64,000 nt of DNA from Epithemia pelagica (taxonomy: Eukaryota > Protista > Bacillariophyta). Position 1 is the first letter of the stretch, and every line of letters begins with the position of its first letter. The translations under genes were made by a program, and so were the position numbers. Location: positions 1,116,001 to 1,180,000 of the forward strand of contig OX337238.1 of assembly GCA_946965045.2 (NCBI GenBank). Reading direction: 5' to 3'. This document shows, piece after piece, positions 22,781 through 35,639 of this stretch. Below the pieces are notes generated by a model. It ran no database searches. It saw only the letters and a program-made list of their open reading frames with translations, and was not told the origin of the DNA.

Positions 22781-23650
22781 ATGTTCCAACTTTGGTTCTT
22801 ATCCGTGACGTGCTTGCTGCTGCTTTCTCGCGGCGCCCTCTCGTTTTCCCCCGTTGCGTCGTCATCGGCATTCTATGGCTCAAGCTCGAGTTCAACGGCT
22901 CTCTGCATGAAGACGATTGCCGTGATTGGTGCATCTGGATTAACGTCGCAAGAATGCATCTTTCAAGCATTGGAAGAGGGGAACAAAGTGGTGGGTTTGA
23001 CTCGAAATCCGTCCAACGTGGTGATTCCCCAAGGCTCTGGTGGCGACAAAGCAGGCCAACCCTTTAACAACGACAATCTGACCTTGATTGGTGGAGATGT
23101 GACGAAAAAAGAAGATGTTGACAAAGTGTTTGCCGGAAACAAAGTGGACGGAGTCATTGTTGGTTTGGGAGGTAAAACCTCTGACGTTGGTGACACTATG
23201 TTGCGCGTCGGAACCGCCAACGTGATTGCTGCCATGAAGGAAAACGACTGCAAACGTTTGGCTGTTGTGACATCCATTGGTACTGGAGATTCAGAAAACC
23301 AAGCACCCTTTTTCTTCAAGGTCTTGATGTGGACTGCCATGAAAAAGATTTTCGAAGACAAGAATGCTCAAGAACAAGTAGTGCAAGCGGAAGGCGATGC
23401 CCTGGAATGGTGCTTGGTCCGACCGGGTGGTCTGACGGTAGAACCTCCTACTGGCATTATCAATGTTATCAAGGGAGAAGCAGGATCCATTGCACGTGCC
23501 GATGTAGCTACCTTCTGTCTCGATGCTGTAACAGAACCTGACTTTCCTTATTTGCAACAAGCACCATGCATTAGTTCGGTTGGTGGCACATCCTGGACCA
23601 AGGATCGATCGGCCAAGGCTCGTGGAGAGGAAGAGAAGACAAGTGCGTAA
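22781..23650 (+). CDS. NAD(P)-binding atypical SDR / flavin-reductase-like protein, probably plastid-targeted
   Basis: Signal peptide ending ALS-FSP (ASAFAP-like) plus a Ser-rich transit peptide. Rossmann motif IAVIGASGLT; LVRPGGL; SIARADVA. Confidence 0.88.
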   Translation: MFQLWFLSVTCLLLLSRGALSFSPVASSSAFYGSSSSSTALCMKTIAVIGASGLTSQECIFQALEEGNKVVGLTRNPSNVVIPQGSGGDKAGQPFNNDNLTLIGGDVTKKEDVDKVFAGNKVDGVIVGLGGKTSDVGDTMLRVGTANVIAAMKENDCKRLAVVTSIGTGDSENQAPFFFKVLMWTAMKKIFEDKNAQEQVVQAEGDALEWCLVRPGGLTVEPPTGIINVIKGEAGSIARADVATFCLDAVTEPDFPYLQQAPCISSVGGTSWTKDRSAKARGEEEKTSA

Positions 23651-24193
23651 GAATGGATTCCTTTCGAAACGTTGATTTGTACTGGTGACAACGCATGGTG
23701 CGGTAATGCGTAGTTTAGAATTAGTGAATGATCGTAAGGAAAGAATTTTCCGATCAAGTCGATCTTGATCTCTGTCTCGGGTGTGCACTTTGTATGAGTT
23801 GCATGCCTAATCTAACGTCAAAGTAAGGAACAACACGATGCAACTAGCAACTCAATGATTACCAAACAACGATGCACGCAGTTTCTCTCAATGAAGGGAG
23901 ATATACGCAGTCTACTAGTGAAACAGTCCTTCAACCTGGAAACAATCAATGTCTACAATTTACGGGAGAAAGCATCCAGTGGCAATTGACACCTCCATCT
24001 TGACTCTTTTCGCGGCGAAATGATTTTAAACTGAACTGGTCGCAGCATGACATATATGGCTATTCTCTATTCTCCGTTTTCCAATGTCTCGAGTATATTT
24101 TCAAGTTCTCAAATCTGATTCCACTATGTCAGTCTTTTTGCTACCCACTGTGGCCGTCAAGGACTTGTGGTTTACGTTGTTCTTCAAGAGATT

Positions 24194-24715
24194 TCAGAAA
24201 AGGTGTATTTGTTCCAGTGATTCCGAGCATTTTCTAACAAAAAGAAAATATTTTTGTGTTCTTGTCCACCAATGGAAATGGAATGTATTCATATGGACCC
24301 CTTCGATTTCCACGACAACCATACTGTGTCCAACCCTCGCGTCCAGCATTCGTGCCAAGTTCCACATTTTGTTCCGCTTTGTGTCAAGGATTTCCACATT
24401 TTGGTTAGGCCTGGTGTTATAGCCTCCGGCTACCACAAACCAATTTCCAAGGTTGGCAACAGCGGCGAATCGCGAAGAACAAGGCCCTTATGAAAATTAT
24501 TCCACAGACGCCACCAAATTCAAGTCATTGTGTCCACCAACAACATAGATGCTCGGTCCAATGCCAGCCGTTCCACAAAGATCTCGAGCATCATTCAGAG
24601 ACGGCCCCATAATGGCACAGTGTTTGGTATCCCACCGACCACTGCAGTGGGCATATTCATAGCATGCAGTCACCGTGACCCTTCCATCAGTGGAGGCACC
24701 TGTTAGGTTCTCCAT
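24194..24715 (-). pseudogene. Degenerate Kelch-repeat gene fragment
   Basis: GPSLNDARDLCGTAGIGPSIYVVGG..VASVE*FS*GPCSSRFAAVANLGNWFVVAGGY..VEILDT..LARMLDARVGHSMVV: Kelch GG repeats in one frame, broken by two TAA stops. Confidence 0.65.
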
Positions 24716-24789
24716 CGTACTTGTTCGGGTCTGATACTATCGTTGTGCCGCCCGGGTTTGGAAAGGCAAGCCATCCCAGATGCCTCCGT

Positions 24790-25830
24790 ATGTTTGAGGG
24801 TGAACATCACGGAGCACGGACGCCAGTCGCAAACACGTTTGAAGTGCGACTGGGATTTGCTTCAAACGCGCGCGCGACGAACGAAACAGACCAGCAACCA
24901 GCACATAAATTATTCGTCGCGTCAATTGTGCACTCACAGTTTACAGTTTACCCATCGACGCTGCATGAGAGAATGAGTAACGGGGAAGATTTGACGCTTC
25001 AGCGCTTGTGGCAAGAAGAAGGGTTGTGTGAATCCCCTCAAGAAGCGGAAGCCATCTGGGATGAGTTTGTAACATTTGCGATAGAACAGGATGAGCATGC
25101 AGATTTGGTACAGAATGACGAAAATGCTTCCTGTACGGTCGAACCAAGACTTATGCAAGAGTCTATCTTTTCCTTAGCCATGAAAGAATACTTTGACTTG
25201 TCCAAAATCGAGAGTGCGAATTTGCTACGGCGTTGGGTCACGGAGGGCCAGGACGAAGAGGAGAAGATTGAATCGACTCCTTCCAGTGAAATGGACGACC
25301 TCTTATCAGACGTGGTAGATTTGGAGAAAGAAGGGAATGATGAATATGTCGGGGAGGGAGAATGCGAGCTGTGCGAACGGTACATTCGAATTTCCCATCA
25401 TCATTTGATTCCCCGGTCGACATGGCACCGCCTCGAACCCAAATTGTTGAATGCTGCTCAAGCCCTGCTGGAATGCGACGGTATGGAACGTGCACAAGCC
25501 ATTGCGGGAGAGGGATTGAGTCACTTGTTGGAAGAAATCCAACAATACTACTGCCGTATCCACGACCGGCCAACCGAGTCCAAACAACAAAAAACCAAAG
25601 TTGGAGGTACCACCCAAAGAAGGAGGATTGTTCGGCATTTGATACAACGAACATGCAATGTATGTCGTCCCTGCCATACGGCCATTCATCAGACCCACGA
25701 CAACCTCACATTGGCGCTTGAATACAATACCATGGACAAATTGTTGCAAGACCCAGCCATTCTCAAGTTTTCCAAATGGGCCAGCAAACAACGTGCTGGC
25801 AAGTACAGTCGCAGTCATCCTATACGATAA
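24790..25830 (+). CDS. YisB-like HNH-domain protein
   Basis: CELC...HHHLIP...CNVCRPCHTAIH...LALEYNT...KFSKWASKQ. First ATG at 24790; the frame is open from 24721. Confidence 0.75.
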   Translation: MFEGEHHGARTPVANTFEVRLGFASNARATNETDQQPAHKLFVASIVHSQFTVYPSTLHERMSNGEDLTLQRLWQEEGLCESPQEAEAIWDEFVTFAIEQDEHADLVQNDENASCTVEPRLMQESIFSLAMKEYFDLSKIESANLLRRWVTEGQDEEEKIESTPSSEMDDLLSDVVDLEKEGNDEYVGEGECELCERYIRISHHHLIPRSTWHRLEPKLLNAAQALLECDGMERAQAIAGEGLSHLLEEIQQYYCRIHDRPTESKQQKTKVGGTTQRRRIVRHLIQRTCNVCRPCHTAIHQTHDNLTLALEYNTMDKLLQDPAILKFSKWASKQRAGKYSRSHPIR

Positions 25831-26750
25831 TGGTCTTCTCGGAGGGAAACATTTACGATTGTTCTCCTTGGACAAGGATTTGGCTCAATTTTGTTCCAGT
25901 TCCATCTCATTCTCGACTTTGCAAAAGCTGATATGACAGATCGTTGATATTTTCGGTTTGAAAACAACAGGTCTTGATTCTGGTGAATTGGGATGACCGT
26001 CCCCGGAGGGAGGGCATCGTTCTGCTTCCTCGTGATAGATAACACATTTTGGCGAAGGAGAATCAATGCCCCGCGAGCTTAAAGGTTATTTATTGTTTCG
26101 TTACAGTGCATTTGCCGTGACCACATATCTCCCATTCCTTCCTCCAAAGTCGCGTCCTGTAGAAGCAGGTAGAGCTAGGAGATGGTTCGACTAGGACTAG
26201 ATATCCGTGTATCTAGTTGCTTTTTCTCCAACACATTCGCTTTTGCTCGACTACGAATACGAATAGGGGAAAAGGTCCGTGGTCCGTTGTTCGATTTGAT
26301 CGCGGATGTTCCTTCTGAAGCTGGTTCCGTAAAAGCAACTCAGCACGAACTCTTCGTTGTTCGCAAGGCTTCCTCGTGTCGGGCACTTATCCATTGGCAA
26401 TTGACAGTGCACTAAGCCTCTCGTGCGAATTACCGTCATTTTTTGTCGGCATCTTTTTTAACCGAAGAAACAACGATTCTGAAGATTCAGCAATCGCCAT
26501 GACTTTTAGAAACTGCATGGCCTGACTAAAACTCTGGATATTGGGTACCTGAGAAATCTAACCCTTGTTCTTCCAGTGATGATGTTGTCATCATGTTGTT
26601 ACATGACGGAGTCTGCCATTGGATGTTGGATGGTCTGTATGGACAAGAAAAATGTAGAACATTACTATGGCGGCTTCCGTCAATATGCTTTAGGAGAGAC
26701 ATGTAATATTGTTCCCTCTTCGTGGTTCCCAAAGATGAGGCGAAAATTGC

Positions 26751-27995
26751 CTACAAAGCAGGCATACCCAAATATTCGGAAAATTGTTTCAATTCATCCT
26801 CGGAATGGAAGAAGACTTCGCCTCCCTGAAGACGTTCCATAATCGCAACATCTTCTGCCATGTGCTGTTTCGACGTAGTCCCTGACAGCGGAGTTATGTA
26901 TCCAGTTGACATGAGGAAGGCAAACATCATGGTTTGGGGTGTCAATCCATGTTTGTCGGCAAGGTCTCGAATTCCTTGATTATGAGCCAGGGCACGTCGA
27001 TTCGCGGTAAGAGTCCAAAACGACTGGTACCAGATCGAATGTTCCTTGCAGAATTTTCTCAGTTTGGTATCGAACCCGGTTTCAGCATGAAAACGATTCT
27101 GCGCAACACTTGGTTTCACTCGTGCCATTTCATAGAGAGTCGTGAACTGCAGGTAATTGCTATTCGAAAGCCCTAACCGACGAACTTTACCCTCATCCAC
27201 AAAGGATTCCATGACTCGCCATACTTCCATCGTTTGCTCCATGGTGTTTAGGGGTGAGTGCAACACTAGGCAATCAAGATAGTCAGTCTTCAGGTTAGTC
27301 AAGCTGACAGCCAACGATGTTCGCACCTGATCTTCCAAAGGAGATTGGGGGTCATACGGGATATTATTAGGATCTTGTCCGCCGAATGGGGTGAATTTGG
27401 TCTGAAGGTAAAACTCTTCTCGAGGCAACTTCAGTTGGGATGCGGCTTGGGACCATCCTTCACCGACACCGCTTTCATTGTAATGGCGAGGTTGACACGC
27501 CGTATCAATGAAACGAAAGCCAGCATGTACAGCCTGGTTTACAAATTCCGCGGTTTGCTCCTTTTTCCAAGCGGTTCCATAGACGAGAAAAGGCTTGTTG
27601 TGTGCAATGATGCGCTGCGCAGAATGGGCAGTGGCCATCCCTGATACAACAGCCTTTTGACTCAGTACCTTCGAAGCGCGAAGCATCTGTTCCTGTAAGA
27701 CGGCAACGCAATTCGGTGAACAACAGCAGGATCAACAAACGAACATGTGAGCCATATCTTCCACCACCAGGAACAACATTCGTCACATATCTGATGTGCT
27801 TGCCTCGGATGACAGTAAAAAGAAATATAAACTGATAAAAAGTCCGACCAACACCAAAGTCACAATATGGGTGTATTGCATTACCAAGAACTTGTTGGGT
27901 TGGAAGGAGATCTTTGCCTCCTTTAGTTTTGTGCGTTGTTCAGATCCTGCAACGTTGCCGGGAGACTTTTTGCGTTGACGAGCCGACTGGTTCAT
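26751..27995 (-). CDS. Aldo/keto reductase; core 27686-26751, possible upstream TM exon 27995-27804 via a GC-AG intron
   Basis: YGTAWKK, GFRFIDTA, LQTKF, DCLVLHSP, LGLSN, QNRF. The upstream exon joins in phase 0 through GAG|GCAAG (27803)...TTACAG| (27693). Confidence 0.85.
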
Positions 27996-28394
27996 ATGAA
28001 CTCTAGGATTGATGAGGGATGAGGAAAAGGAAAGAGCTCGACGATGAACTGCGAAAAACAAACTCAAATTAATCAAAACCAACATGTGGATTACGGAGAG
28101 CACAAAGACAGGTCGCTTGGGGTTCGGTGGTCTCTTGTTTGAATAAACACAATGACATCCAACTCTGAGGTCTGAGAAAGATCGCAGGATGAGAAGATTC
28201 GCGCAGGATATATTGCTATCGATGCTACCCGGCGAATGCACCGTCGCCAACACACAAATGCAGCACCAGTTGTTTCGAGACAACAATCACTTCGATAACT
28301 CGAACGTGTTTGTAACTAAACATACTTCATCTTCATTGCACGTAGTTATGCCACAGTTTTTTAACCTCTACTAATTCGATACTAATGTTACAGA

Positions 28395-29673
28395 TTAGTC
28401 TACAAGGCCTTGTGCACGAAGCTTTGTACAGGCACGTTCGAGGCCAAGGTGACGGCAGGCACCGACTCCATGAGCATTGACAAGTGACTCCGAGATACGG
28501 TAAGTGGAAGCTCGTTGAGCAATATCCTCTGACGCCGTCATTAAAACTCTCAGACATTCCGCAGCTTGAGACGCTTCGTGAGGGCGCTCGCCGGCAGCGC
28601 TCAATTCGCTCGAGAAAGCCTCCACAACCGAGTCGGATGCAAGATGACCATGTTCTTTGAGTAACCCACAGAGCTGGGCATCATGAGCAAGCGTAGTAAG
28701 GCAATTGCCCAACACAATGAAGGACATGCGACGCATTCGCGATACATGCTCCTTTTCAATGACACTCATTTCGAAGCTGTCCTCTTCCGGAGAAGGGCTT
28801 GTTTGAACGAGTTCCAAGAGGGTGGATGAGATGAGCTTATTGGAAAGAATCATTCGAGCAGCATAGCCTTTGTTCTCAATAGATCCTGATAGCTTTTCCA
28901 AGCTCTCCATAGCTAAAAGACGAGTGTCGTGTCGGTCTTGCTTGAGGAGTCCCTCAGCGATTTCTACGCCTTCAAGGGTAGCGGCTTGCGCATCTTTAGG
29001 TTCCATTTTGGGGATGCATCGAGGCATCGGGAAAGATCGTTTAAGTTTGGAAGGGGCAGAGTTGACTTTGATTCCCTTAGCCGCTCGAAGGACAGACTTC
29101 GCTGCTTGACAGTACGAATAGCAGCATCCAGCTACCCTTTGAACCTCAACGAGGACATGGTTTGGTCCGTTTTCCCCTGCCCACAACCTAATCGCAAACT
29201 TAACATTGTCCTCAGTTTCGACATCAACAGCAGCCTGATTGTCAATGATTCAATGTGAGCATCACGAATCAAAATAAGTCGTGTACGCCAAACTTCGTCG
29301 CCCTTGGACTCACCTCTTCCTTTTGGTAGGAAGCCGCCATGGAACCAGTTCGGAGACATTCCGCAATGCGATTAGCAATGTTTTGAGTTGAATCGTTAAC
29401 AAAAACATGTGTACGTTCAACTACGTAGATTTCAGGGATAGGTTTCAGTGTTCCTACATTCAACGTTGAGTCCTTTCCTTCGTGATTGAGAGGTTTGTTG
29501 GATGTTCGTGGAACAGTCGATCTCGATTTGGCGGAAAGAGGAGCTGGTGGCATTAGCAGAGTTGGAGTCAATGGCTTCACTGCCATGCTCCGCATACGCG
29601 GTGTATCTTCAATGATGTTTCTATCTTGGCCATCATTGCCATTCATCATTCTCATGTGATTATTGTTCATCAT
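28395..29673 (-). CDS. Hypothetical protein (~399 aa); exons 29673-29314, 29234-28395
   Basis: A phase-0 GTGAGT...CAG intron of 79 nt joins the two ORFs. Contains VLVEVQRVAG (KA1-like strand motif) and a helical, ARM-like C-terminus; function unknown. Confidence 0.75.
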
Positions 29674-30766
29674 GTTTTTCTAGGGCACGGTATTGTATGC
29701 GCCTTGACCATCGATATTGACCGCTAAAATTGTGGGTCGTGGTTCGGTCATTCGTCCGGTTTTTGCTGAGCGCACGTGACGAACAGTTCGGAAATCGCTT
29801 ACTGCCTTGCTAGCTGGCTGTCTTCGACAGAGTTCGAAGTTCGAATACAACAAGCACTCCCGCGGCTTCACGACGCTTCGACAGGAATCGCATTTCTTTT
29901 TCGCTGAATAGAGACATTATGAAGACATCTTTAACTTAACAACTACTAACAGACGAATATGTCTTCCCGGGTGTTGTATAGGAACATTGTGTACCTCCAG
30001 ACATTGTTGTTTGTTTAAGTACATTGTACTTAATAAGCGCAGACGTCGTCAAGAGGCCTGTTGTTCTCGACTGTTCCACCTGCAACAACACGCCCGTACT
30101 CTTTACCCATAGAGTGGACAATATTCCATAGTATGTAATCTCCAGAGCGTTCATGCCCACAAGATGGCAGACTTTTTGTATTGATAAGTGCTTCATAAAA
30201 TGAATATAATCGCTGAGAAGTTTGGAAGTTTGGCGGTTAAGAGTTCGCGATGTTGCCGACGCCAAAATGAAACTGCGACTGCCTCTTGGAAGAATTATTG
30301 GAAACGTTGTATCGCTTTGGGATTTTTCACCTTGAACACATCGTAGTCACTAGTCACACAGAGCTCCAATGACCGCGACCAAGACCAAACCTTTGTCTGG
30401 CTCCGCGATTTAGATGGAAGGGACACGAAACACCCAATCTCACATCTCACAGACAAGGTGAAAGGCATGGTCATCATGTCGGTCGCATGTATCCCCCAAT
30501 AGCCCCAGAATGACCTTTGAATTCTCTTTGCGACTTTTGAAAACCATGACCATGACCCTCTCCACTTTCTCATGAACAGGTTTGATTCATGATTAACGGT
30601 TCTAACGGAAAGGACCATTGATGTACTTGTTAATGAACCCTTATTTTAGAGCATCTGACGAAAGAAGGATCAACAACTGGTAGAGCGCACGTGGAGGTAA
30701 ACTACATACAAACAATCACTTGACAATCTTGCCCAGATCTTCCTATTTTGGAGCAACCAAAAAACC

Positions 30767-32625
30767 ATGGCGTCCCGTGCGAGATCCTCACAGACATCTA
30801 TCGAGCCTTCACCTGTCACAACAACATCCCCAACGACCAAGGAAAATGATGGTCGAGCAAGACAACGTTGTCGACGACAGTGGCTGTTGCGTGTGCTTTT
30901 GTCACTAAGCGTCTTTTTGATATCCTATCAACTATTGTGGACGTATTGGTTGGCCGGTGTTTTTGTGCCAGAATATGAAGTGGATGATATGGGACGAAAA
31001 CGATATCGCAGACATCCGGAACAGTTGTACAAGATGGACAAGACAAATAATAAAAAAGTTCCGACGTAAGTAGCTTTGTGACTGAATGGTGAAACGGAAG
31101 AGAATGGATCTTGGATAGCAATCAGATTTTGCACTAGCTGCAGTTTTCTTTCCTTTTGGTAGACGTCATGGGGATAAAAGCATACCCGCTGGCTAACCTT
31201 TTCTTCGTATCTGCATTATCTACCTTGTCTCATTGCAGAAATTACCTGGATGGGATATTGGAAGGATATTTGACGCTGATAGATATATCATTGCCACAAC
31301 AGGGTGGTCTGGTACCCCATCCCTCCAGCAATGCGACCAATTCATATCAAGGAGTCAAGGCCTCCTTCTGCCATATTGCATGGAATTTGCAGCAACGTAA
31401 TCCAAGTCAGGTTCCCCTGTTTAGGGATTTAGAAGAAGAATCCCCTCTTTGTGCCGCTACGCTGGTGCGGGATTTGGACCTTTACACGCTTGTTCAACAA
31501 GCCAAGGCCTACGATTCACATTCCCACAATTTTACTGCCACCACACCCAAGACAGGCCATCAAGTGGTATCCGTGCCAACTGCGGTTCTCTTTCACGAAA
31601 CACGATGTGGATCAACCTTGATTTCCAATTTGGTGGCGAGTAGTTTGCCAGAACAGGTTCGCAGTTACAGCGAATCCACACCTCCGCTAGCGGCACTCAT
31701 GGCTTGTGATCTCATTAAGGTTCGGCCCGATCCAAATAATCCAACCAAACGGCTTCCGTGTCACAATGAATCTCAGTTGCAGCTGATTCGGGACGTGTTT
31801 TACATGATGGGTCGCATCACACGACCGAAACGTCCCCAATACGTCTTTTACAAAATGCAATCGATTGGAGCACGGTACATTGACTTGCTCACACAAGCTC
31901 TTCCTACCGTGAAGTGGGCATTTGCTTATCGCGATTCGGTCGAAATTCTCATGTCCCATTTCAAAGATTATCAACGACAACCGGGAGGGAACGAACAGTA
32001 TCAAGATGTGGGAGACGCATTATTGTCATCATCTTCTTCGTTGTTTTCCTGGGGGAGCAGTGGCCAGCAGAACAACAAGGATGGTCACGATTCCACAAGC
32101 GGTGCACGACCCGTGTGTTTGCGGTCCTATGGCAAAACCAAGCAACATCCTACGCTGGTGAATATAGTTAAGGAACGGGCACCCGAACGCAACGTGTCGT
32201 CCTTGACAGAAGAAGAATACTGCGCTGCCTATTTGGCGAGCTTGGCTCAAGCAGCCGTGACAGAGCATGATGCTGACAGTGGCAAAGAAGACACTGGCAG
32301 CCATGCTTCCGAATTGCATCGCAAGATGATTCGTCCATCATGGTTTCTAAAGTATTCCAAACTGCCGCATGCTATCTGGGAAGACTGGTTGCCTGCCGTA
32401 TTCCACGTGGATATCACCGGGCCAATGAAAGACCGTATGCAAGCAACAGCCAATCTGTATGCGAAAAACAATGCCATCAATGGGAATGAGCAGAATAATC
32501 AAATGTGGCAAGAGGACTCTACCTTGAAACAAGCACGAGCACCAAAATCATTGAAAGAAGCAGCCAAGCTATTCATGAACCCAATTTACAAAGTCATGAA
32601 TGAAATTGAACAAGGACAACTGTAG
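30767..32625 (+). CDS. Type II membrane sulfotransferase-like (P-loop) protein; exons 30767-31065, 31239-32625
   Basis: TM anchor (LLRVLLSLSVFLISYQLLW). Phase-2 GTAAGT...GCAG intron. LFHETRCGSTL resembles a 5'-PAPS-binding loop; AYRDSVEILMSH resembles the 3'-PB strand. Confidence 0.75.
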
Positions 32626-32987
32626 ACAATAAGATATGCAATACATGGGAGAGGGAATACAGACGACCCAATGTTGTGCATCTCTATCCTTTGTGCCTGG
32701 CTTGTGGAAGAGGTTAACCTTACAAGAACCAGTGTTCCACTCGATAGAGTCTGAAGTGACGACGCCTTGTACGTCTGGGAAATGATCTGCCGTATAATGT
32801 CTTTCTGACCATCATCCAGGGCTGAGCGTTTTCAACAACCGACTCATGGAATATTCTTGTCTACGAGTATTGATATCCCTAAGGTCGTGCAAGATGCATT
32901 TCGGCAGTTTCTTTCCTTGAATTAACATTTAACTCCATGTTCTAGTTGTTTTAACAACATCACGCAATGGCATGTCCAATGCCCAAG

Positions 32988-33033
32988 CAAAATCCCATTT
33001 GTGGCGGTCGCGAATCGTTCGGAAGCAGCTCGC
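32988..33033 (+). repeat. 46-bp dispersed repeat, copy 1
   Basis: 43/46 identical to 35640-35685. Confidence 0.9.
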
Positions 33034-33336
33034 AGGCCTCGCCCAGATCCAGATGTACGAGTAACGAGTAATAATGTTTCAAGAGCCTGCCGACCAGTTC
33101 CGCCGCACATCGCACGCCGCGGGATGACGGAACCTCGTCCCATTTTTTGGCAACCTTGTTTCTTCGTCTTGTGTGCACCCCGCATTGGTTGAGTCAACAA
33201 CTCGTGTCGCCGTGGTGGGCCGTACAAACGTCTTCAACCCGACGCATAACACAAGAATGAGAAAAAGTCGCTTTAGACGGCGAGAGATCGATCGGTTCCC
33301 CGTGTTTTTCGTCTGAGACGCTTTGTCCTCTGGGCC

Positions 33337-34707
33337 ATGGCGTTACGTTCGTTTCGGGTGTACCGCGTCTTGACTGTCGCCCTTTTGTGTGCCATATGTA
33401 TGCAATTGCTTATGCAATGAACCTTCTGGAATCACCAATATCATGTCCTGACATTCGAAAATTCACACCAAGATTGGATTCGGGACAACATGGTTGCAGA
33501 CACTGCTCCCGGTGATCCAAAACACAAAAACGACAAGAAAACCACAAACGAAGAGGAAGAAGAGGAAGAGAAAAGAGAAGAGGACAATTCAGAGACTAAC
33601 GAGGACCAGGATCCACAACATACACAAGCGCGCCCCCAAGTAGCTTCGCTCTTGTCCTTTCCCAACTCAGGTACATCGTATACCATGACCAACACAGAAC
33701 ATGTGACTGGTCAAAAGACAGCCTCCAATTATGCTCGTGGTTGGAAGCAAGAGTCCTTGATAGCCTGGACACCGCAAGGACCCTTTTCCAAGCACAATCC
33801 GTCAACCAAGATTCCACAGAAGTATATCTTAACGCAGACACATTGTACGGGGTTTTGTCATACATGTCCTCCTTCGGAATACGTCGTTCCTTCACTGAAG
33901 GACTTTATGCACGGTTGTCAAGAAGCATTTCTGCGGCAATCACCATTGAATCAAACTGCCGCCTCCAAAACTGCTGTTATCGTTGGTCACTATAAAACCC
34001 CGGCCGCTCGAGCAATTTATTTGATTCGGCATCCCTTGGACAATCTCGTGTCACGCATGCATATGCGATTGAAGCAGGATCATCGGTCCAAATCCACGGA
34101 CTTTGACGAGATGGTTGCCTTGCCGACAGAACGACAACGCCTTGATGCCTGGTGTCGTTGGATGGATGAACGCCATGAAAAGAAACTGAAAGAGGCTCTG
34201 CGACAATGGTTCCGACATCAATATACACCAGAAAACCCTCCATCTGTGCACTGGCCCTTTGTGGCAAACAGGGACGACAACCAGCGCAACGAAACAATGT
34301 CCTTGTTGGTGTGGGAAACACATCCGCACTATGCTCTTAGGTTGCTGCTGGGCCAGCACCCTCTGACACAACATATCCCATGTCGCGTGGAATTGTTTCG
34401 CTATGTTCAATGGCATGCACGGGTTTGGCAAATGACACATCAACTCTTGCCGAACGTTCCGGTCCACCGTGTCTACTACGAATCGTATTGGACCCATTTC
34501 AATGCTACCGTGAATGGGATTGTCAAGTTTTTGAAGCAGCAGCCATCCAAATCACCTTTGCCCTTTGTTGCGAACATGTCCTTCGTCGATACTTGGTTTA
34601 CACCTACTGAACAAGTGGCCATGGGAAGATATATTCAAACCTTGACCAACAATGGTCCTGTTTGGTCACTTTTGCGACACTATTTTGAAAAATCACCATT
34701 GGATTAA
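33337..34707 (+). CDS. Type II membrane sulfotransferase-like protein; probable exons 33337-33397, 33473-34707
   Basis: LLSFPNSGTSYT PAPS-binding loop and YLIRHPLDN. The signal anchor MALRSFRVYRVLTVALLCAI is joined by a phase-1 intron (GTATGC donor, CTGAC branch point, AAG acceptor). Confidence 0.72.
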
Positions 34708-35639
34708 TGTATGTATCGTGGACGACAGAGCCATTGGAATGGGAGAGGGAACATGTGTCGAATTTGAGATTCAGAAAAGATTTCTAGACTTTGCGCCATA
34801 CGGGACGCTTCACGCTAGTACCTAAAAAATAGAAAGAAAGAAGGAAATACCCGTTTGTCTACAACAGGGAGTGTATCTTGTAGGAGAAGTAGTCTTCGAA
34901 CGCGTTGTGTACACTTCATTGTATAGCGAGAATGCATTCCAGTTGCTTCCATTCCAGTTGCTTCCAGACGTCGCCCGCTATAAGGTTACCGAGTATACTC
35001 GTATCACATACCGTTGACCATCGCTGGTTGGAATCCTGACTCTCGCATGAAATGTGGTTGACCACCGCCGATTTACAGGCCTCTGCTGCCCGAGTTTGGG
35101 GTCGTTTACGAGCTACATCCTTTTCATATAAAACTCTGAAGCAACGGTTACACCCCCAGATTGGGGTGGTTCGTTTCCTTTGGTAGAGTTGTTTGGAGAC
35201 GTGTCTTGTTTGGGTGGCGTCGCGCCATAACCACCACCTACACCAGTTCGGGGTCACGCCGGCGAATCCAGACACATCTCTCCATCGCATCGCCGTTTTG
35301 TGGTGGCTTGTCATGAGATTGAGAACTCTTCTGGCTCGGACCTCCGAATGCAACGCCTTGGGTCTGTATTTTTGGGGCACCAGCTACCTTAAGTCGTGCA
35401 CCTTGATCCTCGTTGTGTTTTTTTTTCAGAGTCTGAAAGGAGTACACCTTGTACGTCCGGGAAATGATTGCCTTAAAATGGTCTTCCTACCATCATCCAA
35501 CCTCTGACTTGTGAACAGTCTTGTCCCTTTCTTTTAGTAGCCACAAGGTTGTACAAGATGGTAGTTTCTCGCCTTGAGAATTAATAGCATTGATTCCATG
35601 TTTCGTATTCTGTATCTTTTGTCGTGGAGTATATCTCCA

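Noticed and set aside
29735-29760. Minus-strand ATGACCGAACCACGACCC resembles 33124 ATGACGGAACCTCGTCCC, both upstream of genes
   Set aside because: Too short and degenerate to separate from chance without a genome-wide count.
33418-33420. In-frame TGA between the signal anchor and the catalytic domain of the second sulfotransferase-like gene (nonsense allele, readthrough or Sec?)
   Set aside because: A phase-compatible 75-nt intron (33398-33472; GTATGC donor, CTGAC branch point, AAG acceptor) removes it, so splicing is the simpler explanation.
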